Positions 33,500 to 47,224 of a stretch of DNA of 64,000 bases are shown piece after piece; position 1 is the stretch's first letter, and each line of letters opens with the position of its first letter. Origin of the DNA: Octopus sinensis (Eukaryota). The stretch is taken from positions 49,290,001-49,354,000 of the forward strand of contig NC_043015.1 of NCBI RefSeq assembly GCF_006345805.1, in the 5' to 3' direction. Below the pieces are notes generated by a model, which did not search any database, was not told where the DNA came from, and saw only the letters and a list, made by a program, of their open reading frames with translations. The translations under genes and the position numbers were made by a program.

Positions 33500-33690
33500 C
33501 CCTTCCTTAATTTTTCTTAAGGCTAGTAGTAGCAGACATTTGAACTTTTTTTGACCCCCCACCAAAAAAAAAAAATAAAATAAACATCACTGATGATGGC
33601 CCTTCCTTAATTTTTCTTAAGGCTAGTAGTAGCAGACATTTGAGCTTTTTTGACCCCCCCCAAAAAAAAAATAAACATCACTGATGATGG
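33500..33690. repeat. About 99-bp tandem duplication
   Basis: cccttccttaatttttcttaaggctagtagtagcagacattt at about 33500 and 33599. Confidence 0.85.
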
Positions 33691-34089
33691 TGATGATGGT
33701 GATGATGATAATAATGATAGTAATAGTGCTGATAATCTATCTATCTACATACACACACACACTCACAGAGTTCAGCTAACACAAACCTCACCTCCGCTCT
33801 TTAGATGTTAACCAAATATGAAAGTATTATTTGACAGGCAAGAATTCTGGCGTTGAAGACAGCCAGCCAACCACCCAGCCAGCCAAAGAGACAGACAGAC
33901 ACTACTGTGATGGTGATAATGATAAAAAAAAACAAAAATAACAATAATAAGATACTGCTGTGACTACACATAAAACAATATCATTGATGATGATGGTGGT
34001 GATGGTGATGGTGATGGTGATGATGATGATGGTGATGGTGGCGATAATGATAATAGTGATAATAATGGTGATGATAATAACAATAATAA

Positions 34090-37000
34090 GCCTACTACGG
34101 CTGCTATAATGGTATGATTATAATTGTAACGGCAATGATGGCCGTCTCCCCAAGAGCAAATCAAAGCTAAAAATGATAATATTATCGTAGCACCAAAATG
34201 TTTTTGGAAACTAAAAGGAAAACTAAATCAGTATACCAAATCGCTTGTCCTATGGTTAATCTGGAAGCGCGTCCCCCAGGGAAGAGCCAGCCTGGGATCG
34301 AAAAGTCATCAACTGGCACAAACTCTTCTCCGAATACGAACATGGATGGTCACTTGACCGGGAAATTCCCCAACTCGAGCCCTCCAAGTTCACCACCACA
34401 ACCACCACAGAAAGAAAGATGTAAGCGGAACAAATGGACCCGAGAAGAGTATAAAGAAGTAATATACGCTTATTACTATGCATTAGGTAGGCCATCTCAA
34501 GAGAGACACACCGCAAACTCTTACAGTATATGGAGAACATGGAATCAAGACAGTAGGCCCTACTTGGACGAGAACAAATTAGCAAATGTGAGGAGGCATA
34601 TCCTTAGAAATAACAGACTCACAGACAGTGAAATAAGCGCGATCAAGCATGCAACGGAAAATGACATAAATATAAGACACAAAGGAAATGAAGAATCAGA
34701 TGAACAGTATAGCCCGCCACGAGGCTTAATTGAAAGACTGCTATCTGACCAAAGCACGCAAAGGCCTGAAGATACAAGAAATTCTATTGAACCTGTTAAA
34801 GATAGCCAGGAAAATGATAAAACAACAGTAACTGAAGATCTCGCATTTGCTGAAGAACACAGAGAGACTATGGCAGAAATGAGGCAGAAAATCCTGAATA
34901 CGCTTGAAGTTGTAAGACATACAAGTATGAATGATAGAGAACCACTTCATAAACTCTCAAATACAAACCAAAATAAAAAACAAATCCAAATTGGCAACTA
35001 TGTAACAAATGAAATAATACAAGAATTAAAACCTGATTTTACTGAGTTAAATGAAATTATTTACGCTTCTGCTAGGGCAATTGAAACCAGCTGTATGCCC
35101 CCCCAAAAAACAAAGAAAACCAAACCTGGGAAGAAACCAAACCTGGAGAAGTAAAATTGAAAAAGAAATTGAATTTATGAGAGGGGAAATATTAATATTA
35201 AATGAACTAATATGTGGAAATGATGTAAGATCCAGAACAGGAAGAAAGATGAAGAGAAAATTTGGATCCTCACCAAGAGAAGAACTGATATCAATAAAAG
35301 AAATGCTGAAACAAAAAGTCCAAGCAAAAGCCCAAAGAATACGAACATTTGAGAAGAGAAACAAGTTTTACAAGCAAAATAAGCTGTTCACATCCAATGC
35401 CAAAAAATTCTACAGAGATATAGGGAAGGAGAAAGTAACCGTTAGAGACCCCCCTCCCATGGAAGAAGTTCAAAACTTTTGGAAAAGGATTTGGAGTGAC
35501 AAGAAGACGTACAACACAAATGCAGACTGGATTATACAAACTGAAGGATCCTACCAAAATTTACAACAACAAGCATGGGAAGACATCACAATAGCAGACC
35601 TAAGAAAGGCACTCACGAAGGCCCATAATTGGAAATCCCCCGGTAAAGATAGGGTGCCGAATTTCTGGCTCGCATCGCTCCCATGCGCACACGGTAAGCT
35701 AGTTCAGCTGCTCAATGGAATTATGAGAGACCCAAAGAAAACACCTGAATGGTTAGCAAGTGGTATTACTTACCTACTCCCAAAGAAGAACGAAACCAAC
35801 TTTCCAAAAAACTATCGGCCTATAACCTGTCTATCCACCACGTATAAAATCCTAACATCTATCCTGGCGGAGAAAACATATGCATTCATGGAGAAGAATG
35901 ATATTTTCCCCATTGAACAAAAAGGGTGCCGCCGAGGCTCATACGGATGCAAAGATCAACTGCTAATTAATCGTATGATCCTTGAGAACTGTCACAACAA
36001 GTGCAGAAATCTCAGCTCTGCATGGATTGACTATAAAAAGGCCTTCGACAGTATACCGCATCCATGGATCTTGAGATCGCTGGAATACGAATCTCCAATT
36101 ATACCACTCTAATGGAGTACTTGCCTCAGAAAATATAAACATCAACTGTGGAATTTTTCAAGGTGACTCACTTTCACCTTTAATATTCTGCACAGCCCTA
36201 ATACCCCTTACAAGTGAATTAAACAGAACAGGGTATGGGTATAAAATTGTCAATAAAAAAATAAGCCATCTATTTTATATGGATGACTTAAAACTCTATG
36301 GTAAAGACAATAATGAACTTGAAGGCCTATTGCGCACTGTGAAAGCATTCAGCGATGACATCGGGATGGAGTTTGGGTTTGAGAAGTGTGCCAAGGCCAC
36401 TTTCCAGAAAGGGAAAGTGAAGACCACAAATTCAGTAGTGTTAGATGTTGACACAGTCATAAGAGAGCTTGAGCAAGAACAAACATACAAATATTTAGGG
36501 ATAAATGAAGGCTCTGGTATTCAGCATGCAAGCATGAAAGAGAAGATCAGGAAGGAATGTTATAGGAGAGTTCGTGCAGTCCTGAAATCTGAACTAAATG
36601 CACGTAACAAGGTGTTAGCTATAAATTCCTTAGCAGTTCCAGTTGTTACTTATAGCTACAATGTGTTGAACTGGAATATGAGTGAAATAAAGAATATAGA
36701 CAGGAAAATACGCAAGCTGCTGATTGTAATAGGATGCACCACCCAAAGGCAGACGTAGATCGCCTTTACCTTCCCAGAGCCAAGGAGGTCGAGGCCTGAT
36801 CCAATTTGAACTAGCTTACAAAACAACCACAATTGGACTGGCCAAATATCTTGAATAATGAATGACTGGATGCTAAAGCTCGTGGAAAATCACGAGAGAC
36901 GAAAGAAGCTTCATTCTATCATAAATGAAAGCAAAAATTTGCTATTGATCTCGTGCAGGATACCCAAACTGAACAACCCGAGGGAAGTACGGCAACTATT

Positions 37001-37995
37001 GTTGCAAAGAAGGTGAAAATAATGGCAACGAAAAAAGCACACGAGCAATTGGCTGATAGGTGGGCAGAAACCTCTGCACGGCAAATATGTGGCCCGTAGC
37101 AAACAAGCTGATGTGACCAGAAGCAAACCCATCAGTGGCTACGGAGCTCAGGGCTAAAAGCAGAGAGCGAAGGTTTCATCCTGCTGCTCAAGATCAAAGC
37201 CTATTAACCCGGAACTACCAGGCCAATGTAATGAAAAATGGAGCAGACCCAAAATGCCGATTCTGCAATGACATGATTGAAACAGTGGACCACCTAATCT
37301 CTGGATGTAAAGTCTTAGCACCAGTGGAGTATAAATTAAGACATGACAGAGTTGGCCAATATCTACACTGGCTAATAAGTCGGCATTACAATATCAAAAC
37401 TACCGACAAGTGGCATAATCACCACCCTGAAGCTGTAACTGAAGGAGAAAATGTAACGATTCTGTGGGACTTTCCAGTACATACAGACCGAACCATCAAA
37501 GCCAATAAACCAGATATTGTTGTGAAAGACAAAAACAATAAAGTTTGCTTATTGATCGACATGAGCACCCCTGTGATCATAATATCTCGGCGAAAGAGTT
37601 TGACAAGCTCAGAAATATAAAGACCTGCTCATTGAAATTGAGAAAATGTGGCATCTCAAGGCGGTTACAATACCAGTGATCATAGGAGCACTAGGAATGA
37701 TCAAGAAGGGAACCGAAAATTATATGAGAATGATCCCTGGCTTACCATCCCTGCAAGAAGTGCAAAAGATTGTCTTAACTGGTACATCACACGTATTGAG
37801 AAGAGCTGTGAGAGCTGTTACTGCCCATGTATTAATTTAACCTTAAAAAAAAAAAAAATGAACGAACTATTGAGTTTGGTTTAATGGCCTACCAATGTAT
37901 ACTATGAGTTTCTTTGCCCTAGGAGTCGGGAAGACGCTCGGCAAGAAATGGAAGCAAATTTGAAAGAAGAAGAAAAAAAACAAAAAATAATAATA
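34090..37995 (+). mobile_element. Near full-length R4/Dong-type non-LTR retrotransposon (RT, CCHC, restriction-like endonuclease), frameshifted
   Basis: N-terminal KRNKWTREEYKEV; RT motifs KSPGKDRVPNFWL, NYRPITCL, AWIDYKKAFDS, GIFQGDSLSP, YMDDLKLY; CRFC..ETVDHLISGC; ILWDF..TDRTIKANKPDIVV. Split over ORFs 34198, 35051, 36279 and 37135. The 5' boundary is approximate. Confidence 0.9.
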
Positions 37996-38223
37996 ATAGA
38001 CAAATACATAACAAAAACACCAGGACTTACAAACACATATAACATGCAGAAAATTGCACTATTAGGCACTGCACACATCCTACGCAGAACACTTTCCATA
38101 CAATAACCATCAGAGCATCACAACAAATGACAGCACATACCCAAGGCGCACAGAGCTGCGCTCGGTAGTGAAGTGAAAGCACGATATAAAAAATATACTA
38201 CTGAATAATAATAATAATAATGA

Positions 38224-38254
<31 letters not shown>

Positions 38255-38790
38255 AGCAATAATGATATAATAATAATAATAATAGCTGAAGAAGATTGAA
38301 ATAGAATGCTCGGTAGAGCTCCTACAGAAGGTTTGTCTTGTAGTGACAACAAGGATTATCAGGAAGGTTCTAAGCACTTGAAAGACTGCTGAAAACTTGT
38401 GGATACTTAAGGTTACCGGTAGTAACCAGCTAGCCACATAATTCCTACCTAGAATAAGACTGAACCTAGGCCAAACCAAAATAATAATAATAATAATAAT
38501 AATGAATATAAGAGATACCACGACCATATAGCCAGGCTTGTCCATTGGACGCTTTGCAACAAGTATGGACTTGAAAGAGCAAAAATTTGGTACGATCACA
38601 AAGCCGAAGGCATCATCGAAAATAAAAATGCAAAGATCCTCTGGGATTTCATGATTCAGTGTGACTATGAGATAGAGAATAGGAAGCTGGACTTAGTCCT
38701 AATTGATAAAGAAAACAAACTATGCTGGATCATAGATATAGCATGCCCAGCTGACAACAAGGTATGCAATAAGGAAGAAATAAAAGTGCC
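37996..38790 (+). mobile_element. Three further R4/Dong-type fragments stacked on (AAT)n
   Basis: 37996-38220 QKIALLGTAHILRRTLS*; 38284-38500 LLQKVCL..TTRIIRKVLST*; 38505-38790 YKRYHD..HW..ILWDFMIQCD..DLVLIDK..IDIACP. Confidence 0.8.
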
Positions 38791-38872
38791 ACCTGGAGCA
38801 GACCACCCCCTCTGTGCACCCCCTCTAGCTATGTTAGTGATTTGAATCAATACTTACATTAATATAAATATA

Positions 38873-39171
38873 TATTTCTTTACTACCCACAAGGGGCTAA
38901 ACACAGAGGGGATAAACAAGGGCAGACAAACGGATTAAGTCGATTACATCGACCCCAGTGTGTAACTGGTACTTAATTTATCGACCCCGAAAGGATGAAA
39001 GGCAAAGTCGACCTCAGCGGAATTTGAACTCGGAACGTAACGACAGACGAAATACGGCTACACATTTCGCCCGGCGTGCTAACGTTTCTGCCACCTCGCC
39101 GCCTTATTAATATAAATATATGTGTATATAAATATAATATAAATATATGTGTATATCTAGGCATACACGTA

Positions 39172-39231
<60 letters not shown>

Positions 39232-39567
39232 AATACTTTGATTTTAGCTCATTGACCCAGGGACCGCATCATCGCAAAGCTGTAGAAACTATACCAAAAT
39301 AAAACATTGTAATAAGATGTGGTCCCTGAATCTGTCTTGGAGGGCAGTGTGTCAAAATATGAACTGAGTTGGACTGTGATAACCTGCCCAAACAATTCCA
39401 GCAGGAAAAACAGAAGTAAAATGATGATGCTGATGACAATTGTGTGTGTGTGTGTGCGTGTGTGTGTGTAATATAATATATATTTCTTTACTACCCACAA
39501 GGGGCTAAACACAGAGAGGACAAACAAGGACAGACAAACGGATTAAGTCGATTACATAATAATAATT

Positions 39568-39602
<35 letters not shown>

Positions 39603-39650
39603 CCTTTCTACTAAAGGCTCAAGGCCTGGAATTTGCAGGGAGGGGTTAAG

Positions 39651-39689
<39 letters not shown>

Positions 39690-39907
39690 TTTATTATTGT
39701 TATTATTATTATCATCATCATCATTATTATTATTGTTATTATTATTAATCAGCATCATTATTATTATTATTGTTATTATTATTAATTTGTCGACCCCGAA
39801 AGGATGAAAGGCAAAGTCGACCTCGGCGGAATTTGAACTCGGAACGTAACGACAGACGAAATACGGCTACGCATTTCGCCCGGCATGCTAACGTTTCTGT
39901 CAGCTCG
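38873..39907 (-). mobile_element. SINE-A (38873-39103) and a second SINE-A split by (AAT)n (39481-39555 and 39787-39907)
   Basis: Consensus matches. Confidence 0.82.
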
Positions 39908-40266
39908 TGTGTAATATAATATAATTTGGCAATATGCTGTGCTTGAGAAGACGACCCATCAAACCAAGTGAAGTCATAGTCGTGACAGATACTGGTGTCA
40001 TACAACTGGCACCCGTGCATTAGGAGGGCCATCCAGCCGTAGAAACTATGCCAGATCAGACTGGAGTCTGGTGCAGCCCCTCAAACCGTCCAACTCACGC
40101 CAGCATGGACAACGGATATTAAATGATGATGATGATGATGATGATGATACAAAGTTATATATAATCAATACTTTCATAAGTGCTATATTTATATTTAAAT
40201 TAAATACCTTGGATGTTGCCTACGTTTTTGAATCTTTTCTTTATGTCCCTCTGAAAAAAATATGGA

Positions 40267-40328
<62 letters not shown>

Positions 40329-40720
40329 TAATAATAATGGAAGCACTCCGTCGGTTACGACGACGAGGGTTCCGGTTGATCCGATCAACGGAACAGCCTG
40401 CTCGTGAAATTAACGTGTAAGTGGCTGAGCACTCCACAGACACGTGTACCCTTAACGTAGTTCTCGGGGATATTCAGCGTGACACAGAGAGTGACAAGGC
40501 CGGCCCTTTGAAATACAGGTACAACAGAAACAGGAAGTAAGAGTGAGAGAAAGTTGTGGTGAAAGAGTACAGCAGGGATCACCACCATCCCTGCTGGAGC
40601 CTCGTGGAGCTTTAGGTGTTTTTGCTCAATAAACGCTCACAACGCCCGGTCTGGGAATCGAAACCGCGATCCTACGACCGCGAGTCCGCTGCCCTAACTA
40701 CTGGGCCATTGCACCTCCAC

Positions 40721-40752
<32 letters not shown>

Positions 40753-40777
40753 TAATTATAATAATAATAATAATAAT

Positions 40778-41065
40778 AAAGATCTTGAAATAGAAATTAG
40801 CAAAATGTGGAACCTGAAGACAAAAAACAATACCTGTTGTCATAGGTGCCCTGGGAATGATAGCAAAAGGGGCTGATTGCTACCTAGCTCAGATACCAGG
40901 AAACCCCAAAATGGCAGAAATTCAAAAGATAGTGCTCACGGGAACTGCCCATATCCTACGCAAAATGCTTTCTATGTAATCTCAAATTTCTAAACAAACA
41001 CGTAATTTTCTTATGGTTTCTCTAGAAAAATACTATGAACAAAACCAAATATTTGACACCCTAGG
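40778..41065 (+). mobile_element. R4/Dong-type 3' fragment after (AAT)n
   Basis: KDLEIEISKMWNLKT..IPVVIGALGMI..EIQKIVLTGTAHILRKMLSM*. Confidence 0.85.
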
Positions 41066-41374
41066 ATGATGATGATGTTGATGATAGTGATGACAATGGC
41101 GACATCAACAATGTGGATGTCGATGTATTTTATTTATTGATGCATATTTATGTGTGTGTGCGCATCTCTACATTACATGCAAGTGTTAGGCGACAGAAAT
41201 ATTATAACAATCTCTTACATCTTGATTGCTGGAATTTTGAGATCAAGTATTTCCTCTAAAACGACATTACTGTTAGGTTAGTTAAATCAGACCGGAGTCT
41301 GTTGCGGCGCCCAAGCTTGCCAGCCTTGGTCAAACCATCCAACACATGCCGGCATGGACAACAGACATTAAGTG

Positions 41375-41576
41375 TTTCTTTTACTGGTTTCAGTCATTTG
41401 ACTGTGGCCATGCTGGAGCACCGCCTTTAGTCGAGCATATCGACCCCAGGACTTATTCTTTGTAACCCCAGTACTTATTCTATCGGTCTCTTTTGCAGAA
41501 CCACTAAGTTACAGGGATGTAAACACACCAGCATCGGTTGTCAAGCGACATTGGGTGGGACAAACACAGACACACT

Positions 41577-41628
<52 letters not shown>

Positions 41629-42460
41629 TACGATGGGCTTCTTTCAGTTTCCGTCACCCAAATCCACTCACAAGGCTTTGGTCGTCTCGAGGCTATAGTA
41701 GAAGACACATGCCCAAGGTGCCACGCAGTGGGACTGAACCCGGAACCATGTGGTCCGTAAGCAAGCTACTTACCACACAGCCACTCCTACACCTATGATG
41801 ATGATGATGATAATGATTTACATAGCGATGAGAACACTGCATAGTCCTGCTATGGTTATGACAACCTTGTATAATAATAAAATTCCCCCAGTGTGCCATA
41901 TTGTAAAAATTGGTTGAAGCCCGTGTGGTAGAGGAGGCTCATGGAATCATGATGATCTCAAGTTCAAATTCACAGCCCACATATCAGACCTTAGTGGAGA
42001 GAACATGCTGAGGCCTTTATCTTGTGGTGGACTTAACATAGACAATATCCAATCTAATTCAATCCAGTATAGGAGTGGCTGTGTGGCAAGTAGCTTGCTC
42101 ACCAACCACATGGTTCCAAGTTTAGTCTCACTGCATGGCACCTTGGGCAAGTGTCTTCTACTGTAGCTTCATGCTGACCAAAGCTTTGTGAGTGGATCTG
42201 GTAAATGGAAACTGAAAGAAGCCCATTGTATATATGTATATATATATGTATGTATGTGTGTGTGCTTGTTCCCTCAACATCGCTTGATAACCGATGGTGG
42301 TGTGTTTACTTCCCTGTAACTTAGTGGTTTGGCAAAAGAGACCGATAGAATAAGTACTAGGCTTACAAAGAATAAGTCCTGGGGTCGATTTGCTTGACTA
42401 AAGGCGGTGCTCCAGCATGGTCGCAGTCAAATGACTGAAACAAGTAAAAGAGTAAAGAGT
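41375..42460. mobile_element. Inverted SINE-B pair (41375-41785 minus; 42068-42460 plus)
   Basis: Consensus matches. Confidence 0.85.
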
Positions 42461-42503
<43 letters not shown>

Positions 42504-42749
42504 TGAGAGTACTGCATAGCTTTGCTGAGGGCCTGACAAGCTCTTTAATGTTAGTTTCATAACAAAATGCAGTTCCCTGCCCCAGTGTGCCATACCGTAC
42601 ATTGGTTAGTGTTTGAAACATGATGGAGGCATAGAAACCCTGCCAAAGGTGATAAGCATGAATGAGAAACGGTTTTACGCTCCATCTTGGAGAACAGTAA
42701 CTCAGAATGAAGCTGACTTGGGCTGCTATGACCTGTCCAGACCATATCA

Positions 42750-42882
42750 CAGGCATATGATGACGATGACGATGATGATGACGTTGATAAGAACGACAAA
42801 GATGTCGATGATTATGATGATGGTGATGCTGCTGCTGATGATTATGATAACAGTAATGACGATGTTGATGCTTATGTGATGA

Positions 42883-42913
<31 letters not shown>

Positions 42914-43810
42914 TATGATAATCGTAATTATGATGACAATAATGATAGCAAAGGTGATGATGATGGTGATGAAGATGATGATGATTACGATGATGATGAA
43001 GATGATGATGGTGCTAAAGATGTTGGGGATGTTGATACAATGAGGATGATGATGATGTTGATGATGGTGATGACAATGATGTATTTTATCTATTGTTGCA
43101 TATTTGTGTGTGTGTGTGTGTGTGGTGTGTGTGTGTGTGTGTGTGTGTGTGCATGTATGTGTGTGTGTGTGTGTGTGTGCATGTATATGTGTGTGTGTGT
43201 GCCTCTCTACATCTCTTGCAAGTGCTTATAACAAACTCTTACATCTTCGTTCCTGGAATTTTGAGGTCAAGTATTTCCTCGAAAAACGACATTACTCTTA
43301 CGTTAGTTAAATAATATAGCAGGATTTGGTGCCATGGTTGCTGCCAACAGCACCACCACCACCACTACCACCACCATCACCACCACCACCACCACCACCA
43401 CTACCACCACCTCCACCACTACGTCCACCATCACCACCACCACCACCACCACCACTACCACCACCACCACTACCACCACCACCACTAAAACCACCAAACC
43501 ACCACCACCACCACTACGTCCACCATCACCACCACCACCACCACCACCACCACTACCACCACCACCACCACCACCACCACCACCACCACCACCACCACCA
43601 CCGCTGCCACCAGCAAAACCTGGAGGATAAATCGAAGAAGAAGCAAAAGAACAATAAAAACATCATTATCGTTTTAAGAATGGCACTTAAGCTTGGAGTT
43701 CCTTCAATAGTGGCACATGAAATGCTGTTGTTGCATCATCATCATCACCATCAGCATCACCACCACCACTACCACTACAACTACCATCAGCATCATCATC
43801 AACTGATAGC
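42750..43810. repeat. Microsatellite complex: (GAT)n, (GT)n, (CAC)n, (CAT)n
   Basis: Direct reading; accounts for the poly-P/H/T/M ORFs. Confidence 0.93.
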
Positions 43811-43917
43811 GCCACCTCCGGTTCCTGTATTTGTTTATCCTTCTCTCCTCTGTGTTACTGGCGACGAAACCTGGGTTTGCGGCCAATACAGCAAGACTGG
43901 TACCAGAGAACGTGTCG

Positions 43918-44124
43918 CTTACTTGTTTCAGTCATTTTGACTGTGGCCATGCTGGAGCACCACCTTTAGTCGAGCAAATCGACACCAGGACTTATTCTTT
44001 GTAAGCCTAGTACTTATTCTATCGGTCTCTTTTTTGCCAAACCGCTAAGTTACGGGGACGTAAACACACCAGCATCGGTCGTCAAGCGATGTTGGCGGGG
44101 GCAAACACAGACACACAAACACGC

Positions 44125-44179
<55 letters not shown>

Positions 44180-44346
44180 CATATATACGACAGGCTTCTT
44201 TCAGTTTCCCTCTACCAAATCCACTCACAAGGCTTTTGTCAGCCCGAGGCTATAGTAGAAGACACTTGCCCAAGGTGCCACGCATTGAGACTGAACATGG
44301 AACCATGTGGTTGGTAAGCAAGCTACTTACCACACAGCCACTCCCA
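43918..44346 (-). mobile_element. SINE-B, full length
   Basis: Consensus match. Confidence 0.88.
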
Positions 44347-44802
44347 GACTGAGGATCTGCTCCTCTCACACAGCAAGAGGGTTATGACTTCAAGGTGCTT
44401 ACAATTTCTGTGGTCGAAAAGACCTACTGGTTCCAGTTGAAGCAGGAAGTGGCGTCGAGGTTTCTGGTTTTACGACTTTAGGCATTAGAAATAGATACAT
44501 GTAACTTATTCTGTTTAAATTCTTCCGTATTCAGATTGCTCTGTTGAATGCAATTCATATTCATTCACATTGTTTTGAATTAATCATGCATTATCTTGCA
44601 GCTTTGAGGTTTCAATAATGTGATAGATTATTTTCAGAACAACGAATGACATTGTAGGGTAGGTGTGAGAAGCTGGATCTGGCCAATATGAACATAAAAC
44701 AGGTAGAATGGATATGACCAGTTGAAAAGCTAAAGAATTTGGAATAAGTTTGGATTCTATCAGGAAGACTCTGAGAATAGAAGCTGGATGGAATGGGATA
44801 GG

Positions 44803-44866
<64 letters not shown>

Positions 44867-44999
44867 ACTGTTTAGTTCAAGAAGACCTAATATCAAAAAT
44901 ATTCTAACCATATTCAGTTCTATATTTTTCAATGTGTCCTTCCTTTTTCAAGACAATAAAATATGATTTGATGAGAATTCAACAGCTATTTCTAGTAGT

Positions 45000-45890
45000 G
45001 GAGTATCCTTCCTTCAATACTGGCATCGACCATGCTTGAATGGTGCTTTTTACATGCCACCGGCCAGTCAAACGGCACTGGCAATGAACACACTTGAATG
45101 GTGCTTTTTATGTGCCACTGGCACAGGGCCAGTCAGCCAGCACTGGCATCGACCATGTTCATAAGGTGGCAACCACAGGAGCCAGTCCGTTGGGACTGGC
45201 ATTGACCATGCTCAAATGGTGCTCTTTATGTACCACCAGCACATGTGCCAGTCAGGTGGTACTGGCATTGGCCACGACAATGATTTCACTTGACTCTACA
45301 GGTCTTTTCAAGCACAGTTTATTGCCCAGTGTTTGAAGGATACTCTCAAATGGGCCAGTTATGCTACGCTTGCATAGGCCACTGTTACGGTCTCACTTGG
45401 CTTGCTGGGTCTTCTCAAGCACAGCTATCTCCAAAGGTCTTGGTCGCTTGCCACTGCCTCCATGAGGTCCAGTGTTCAAAGGTCATGCTTCATCACCTCA
45501 TCCCAGATCTTCTTGGGTCTACCTCTTCTACAGGTGCCCTCCACTGTTAGGGTGTGACACTTCTTCACACTGCTGTCCTCATCCATATGCAACACATGAC
45601 CATACCAGTGCAGTCGTCTCCATACCAGTGCAGTCGTCTCCATACCAGTGCAGTCGTCTCCATACCAGTGCAGTCGTCTCACATGCACACCACATCTAAT
45701 GCTTCTTATGTCCAACTTTTCTTTCAGGGCGCTTACACTCTCTCATGTATACACACTGACATTACACATCTAACTTCATTTCTTGCAAGCTTACACATGT
45801 CCTCAGCAGTCACAGTCCATGTTTCACAGCTGTGTAGCATGGCTGTTTGCACACATGCATCATACAGTCTACCTTTCACTCTGAGCGGGA
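45000..45890 (-). mobile_element. RTE-clade LINE fragment (RT C-terminus plus repetitive 3' UTR)
   Basis: LRVKGRLYDACV.TAMLH.CETW...RRLHWYGHVLHMDED..VKKC..L.VEGT..RGRPKK.WDEV. Four exact 20-bp copies at 45601-45680. Confidence 0.88.
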
Positions 45891-45973
45891 GGCCCATACA
45901 TATATGTATGTCTATATATATAAGTATGTATATCTATCTATCTGTCTGTCTATCTATCTATATCTCTCTCTTC

Positions 45974-46015
<42 letters not shown>

Positions 46016-46119
46016 GTATGTATATAATGTATATATATGTATATATATGAATGCTCAAAATGAGGAGTAGATAGACAGCCGACAACTGACAAAGGGTCTT
46101 TTCTCTGTGTTTACTTGTC

Positions 46120-46520
46120 CTATTTTTCAATATACATGGAAAAATACAGAGATTAAGAATATGGTAAACATTTTTTTAAAATCTCAAATCTACCATGAAA
46201 AACTCCAGGTAAATTTTTAGATTAACACTCGCACGAGTTTCACTAAGAAAAAAAAAATCAGATTTTTGCATGGAATCAACTACCCTGGCCTCCTAATATG
46301 CTACAAAACCATTTTTAGGGTCCGAAAATGGGGTGGTGTGTGGTGGAAGCCTCGGAAATTTCACTCTCATACCCATTGGTATTTTCATTATCTATTTTTC
46401 AATGTACTTGAAAAAATACGGAGATTAAGAATATGGAAAACATTTTTTTAAATCTCAAATTTACCATGAAAAGCTGCAGGTAAATTTTTAAATTAACACT
46501 CATATGATTTTCAGGTGAAA
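46120..46520. repeat. Imperfect about 125-bp direct repeat pair (period about 272 bp)
   Basis: tatttttcaat.tac.tg.aaaaatac.gagattaagaatatgg at about 46120 and 46392. Confidence 0.75.
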
Positions 46521-47224
46521 AAGTCAACATTGAAGAAGTTGGGGGAGAAAAGTTTCACAATACCGATTTTTGGCAATTTTCTGAAACCTCTGTATCCAAA
46601 AAAGGGGATTTTTGGTAAAAATTTTTTTAAAAATAAACAAATTTGGGAGAAAATGTGTGTGTGTGTGTAGGGGGGTGGTGATGAGCAGAAGTCTTTCCAA
46701 ACATATACACACACACAATGTGTGTGTATGTGTGTGTTTGTGTTTGTCTGCCACGACTGCTTGACAACCAGTGTTGGTTTGTTGACATCCATGTAACTTA
46801 GTGGTTTGGTAAAAGCAACCGATAGAGTAAGCACCAGGCTTGAAAAAAAAAAAGCATTGGGGGGGTCGATACATTCAACTAAAAAAATTCTTCAAGACAG
46901 TGCCCCAGCATGACCACAACCAAGATAAGAGATCAAGAAATTTGCGTTCCTGATGTCATGGGTTTTGTTCAGGAAGTGGCATTCAGAGATATATTCCCCA
47001 ACTGTTTGCTTTTGTTAATGGTAAACAGAAATTAGAACAGAAATTAAACAGAGAAAACTTAATCAATGCTAACTCTGCTCCACTTCTATTACACACACAC
47101 ACACACACACATATATACAAACAAATGTTTATATTTATATACAAATACATACAGACACACAGACATGTCTTTGTTTAAGGTTATAAAGCCAAAATAAAAG
47201 AATAAAAAGCTGTAATTATTTGAG

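Noticed and set aside
34200-34340. HDV-like ribozyme at the 5' end of the R4/Dong-type element
   Set aside because: Such ribozymes are known in some non-LTR elements, but I could only see a simple CCCAGG/CCTGGG hairpin and could not build the nested double pseudoknot.
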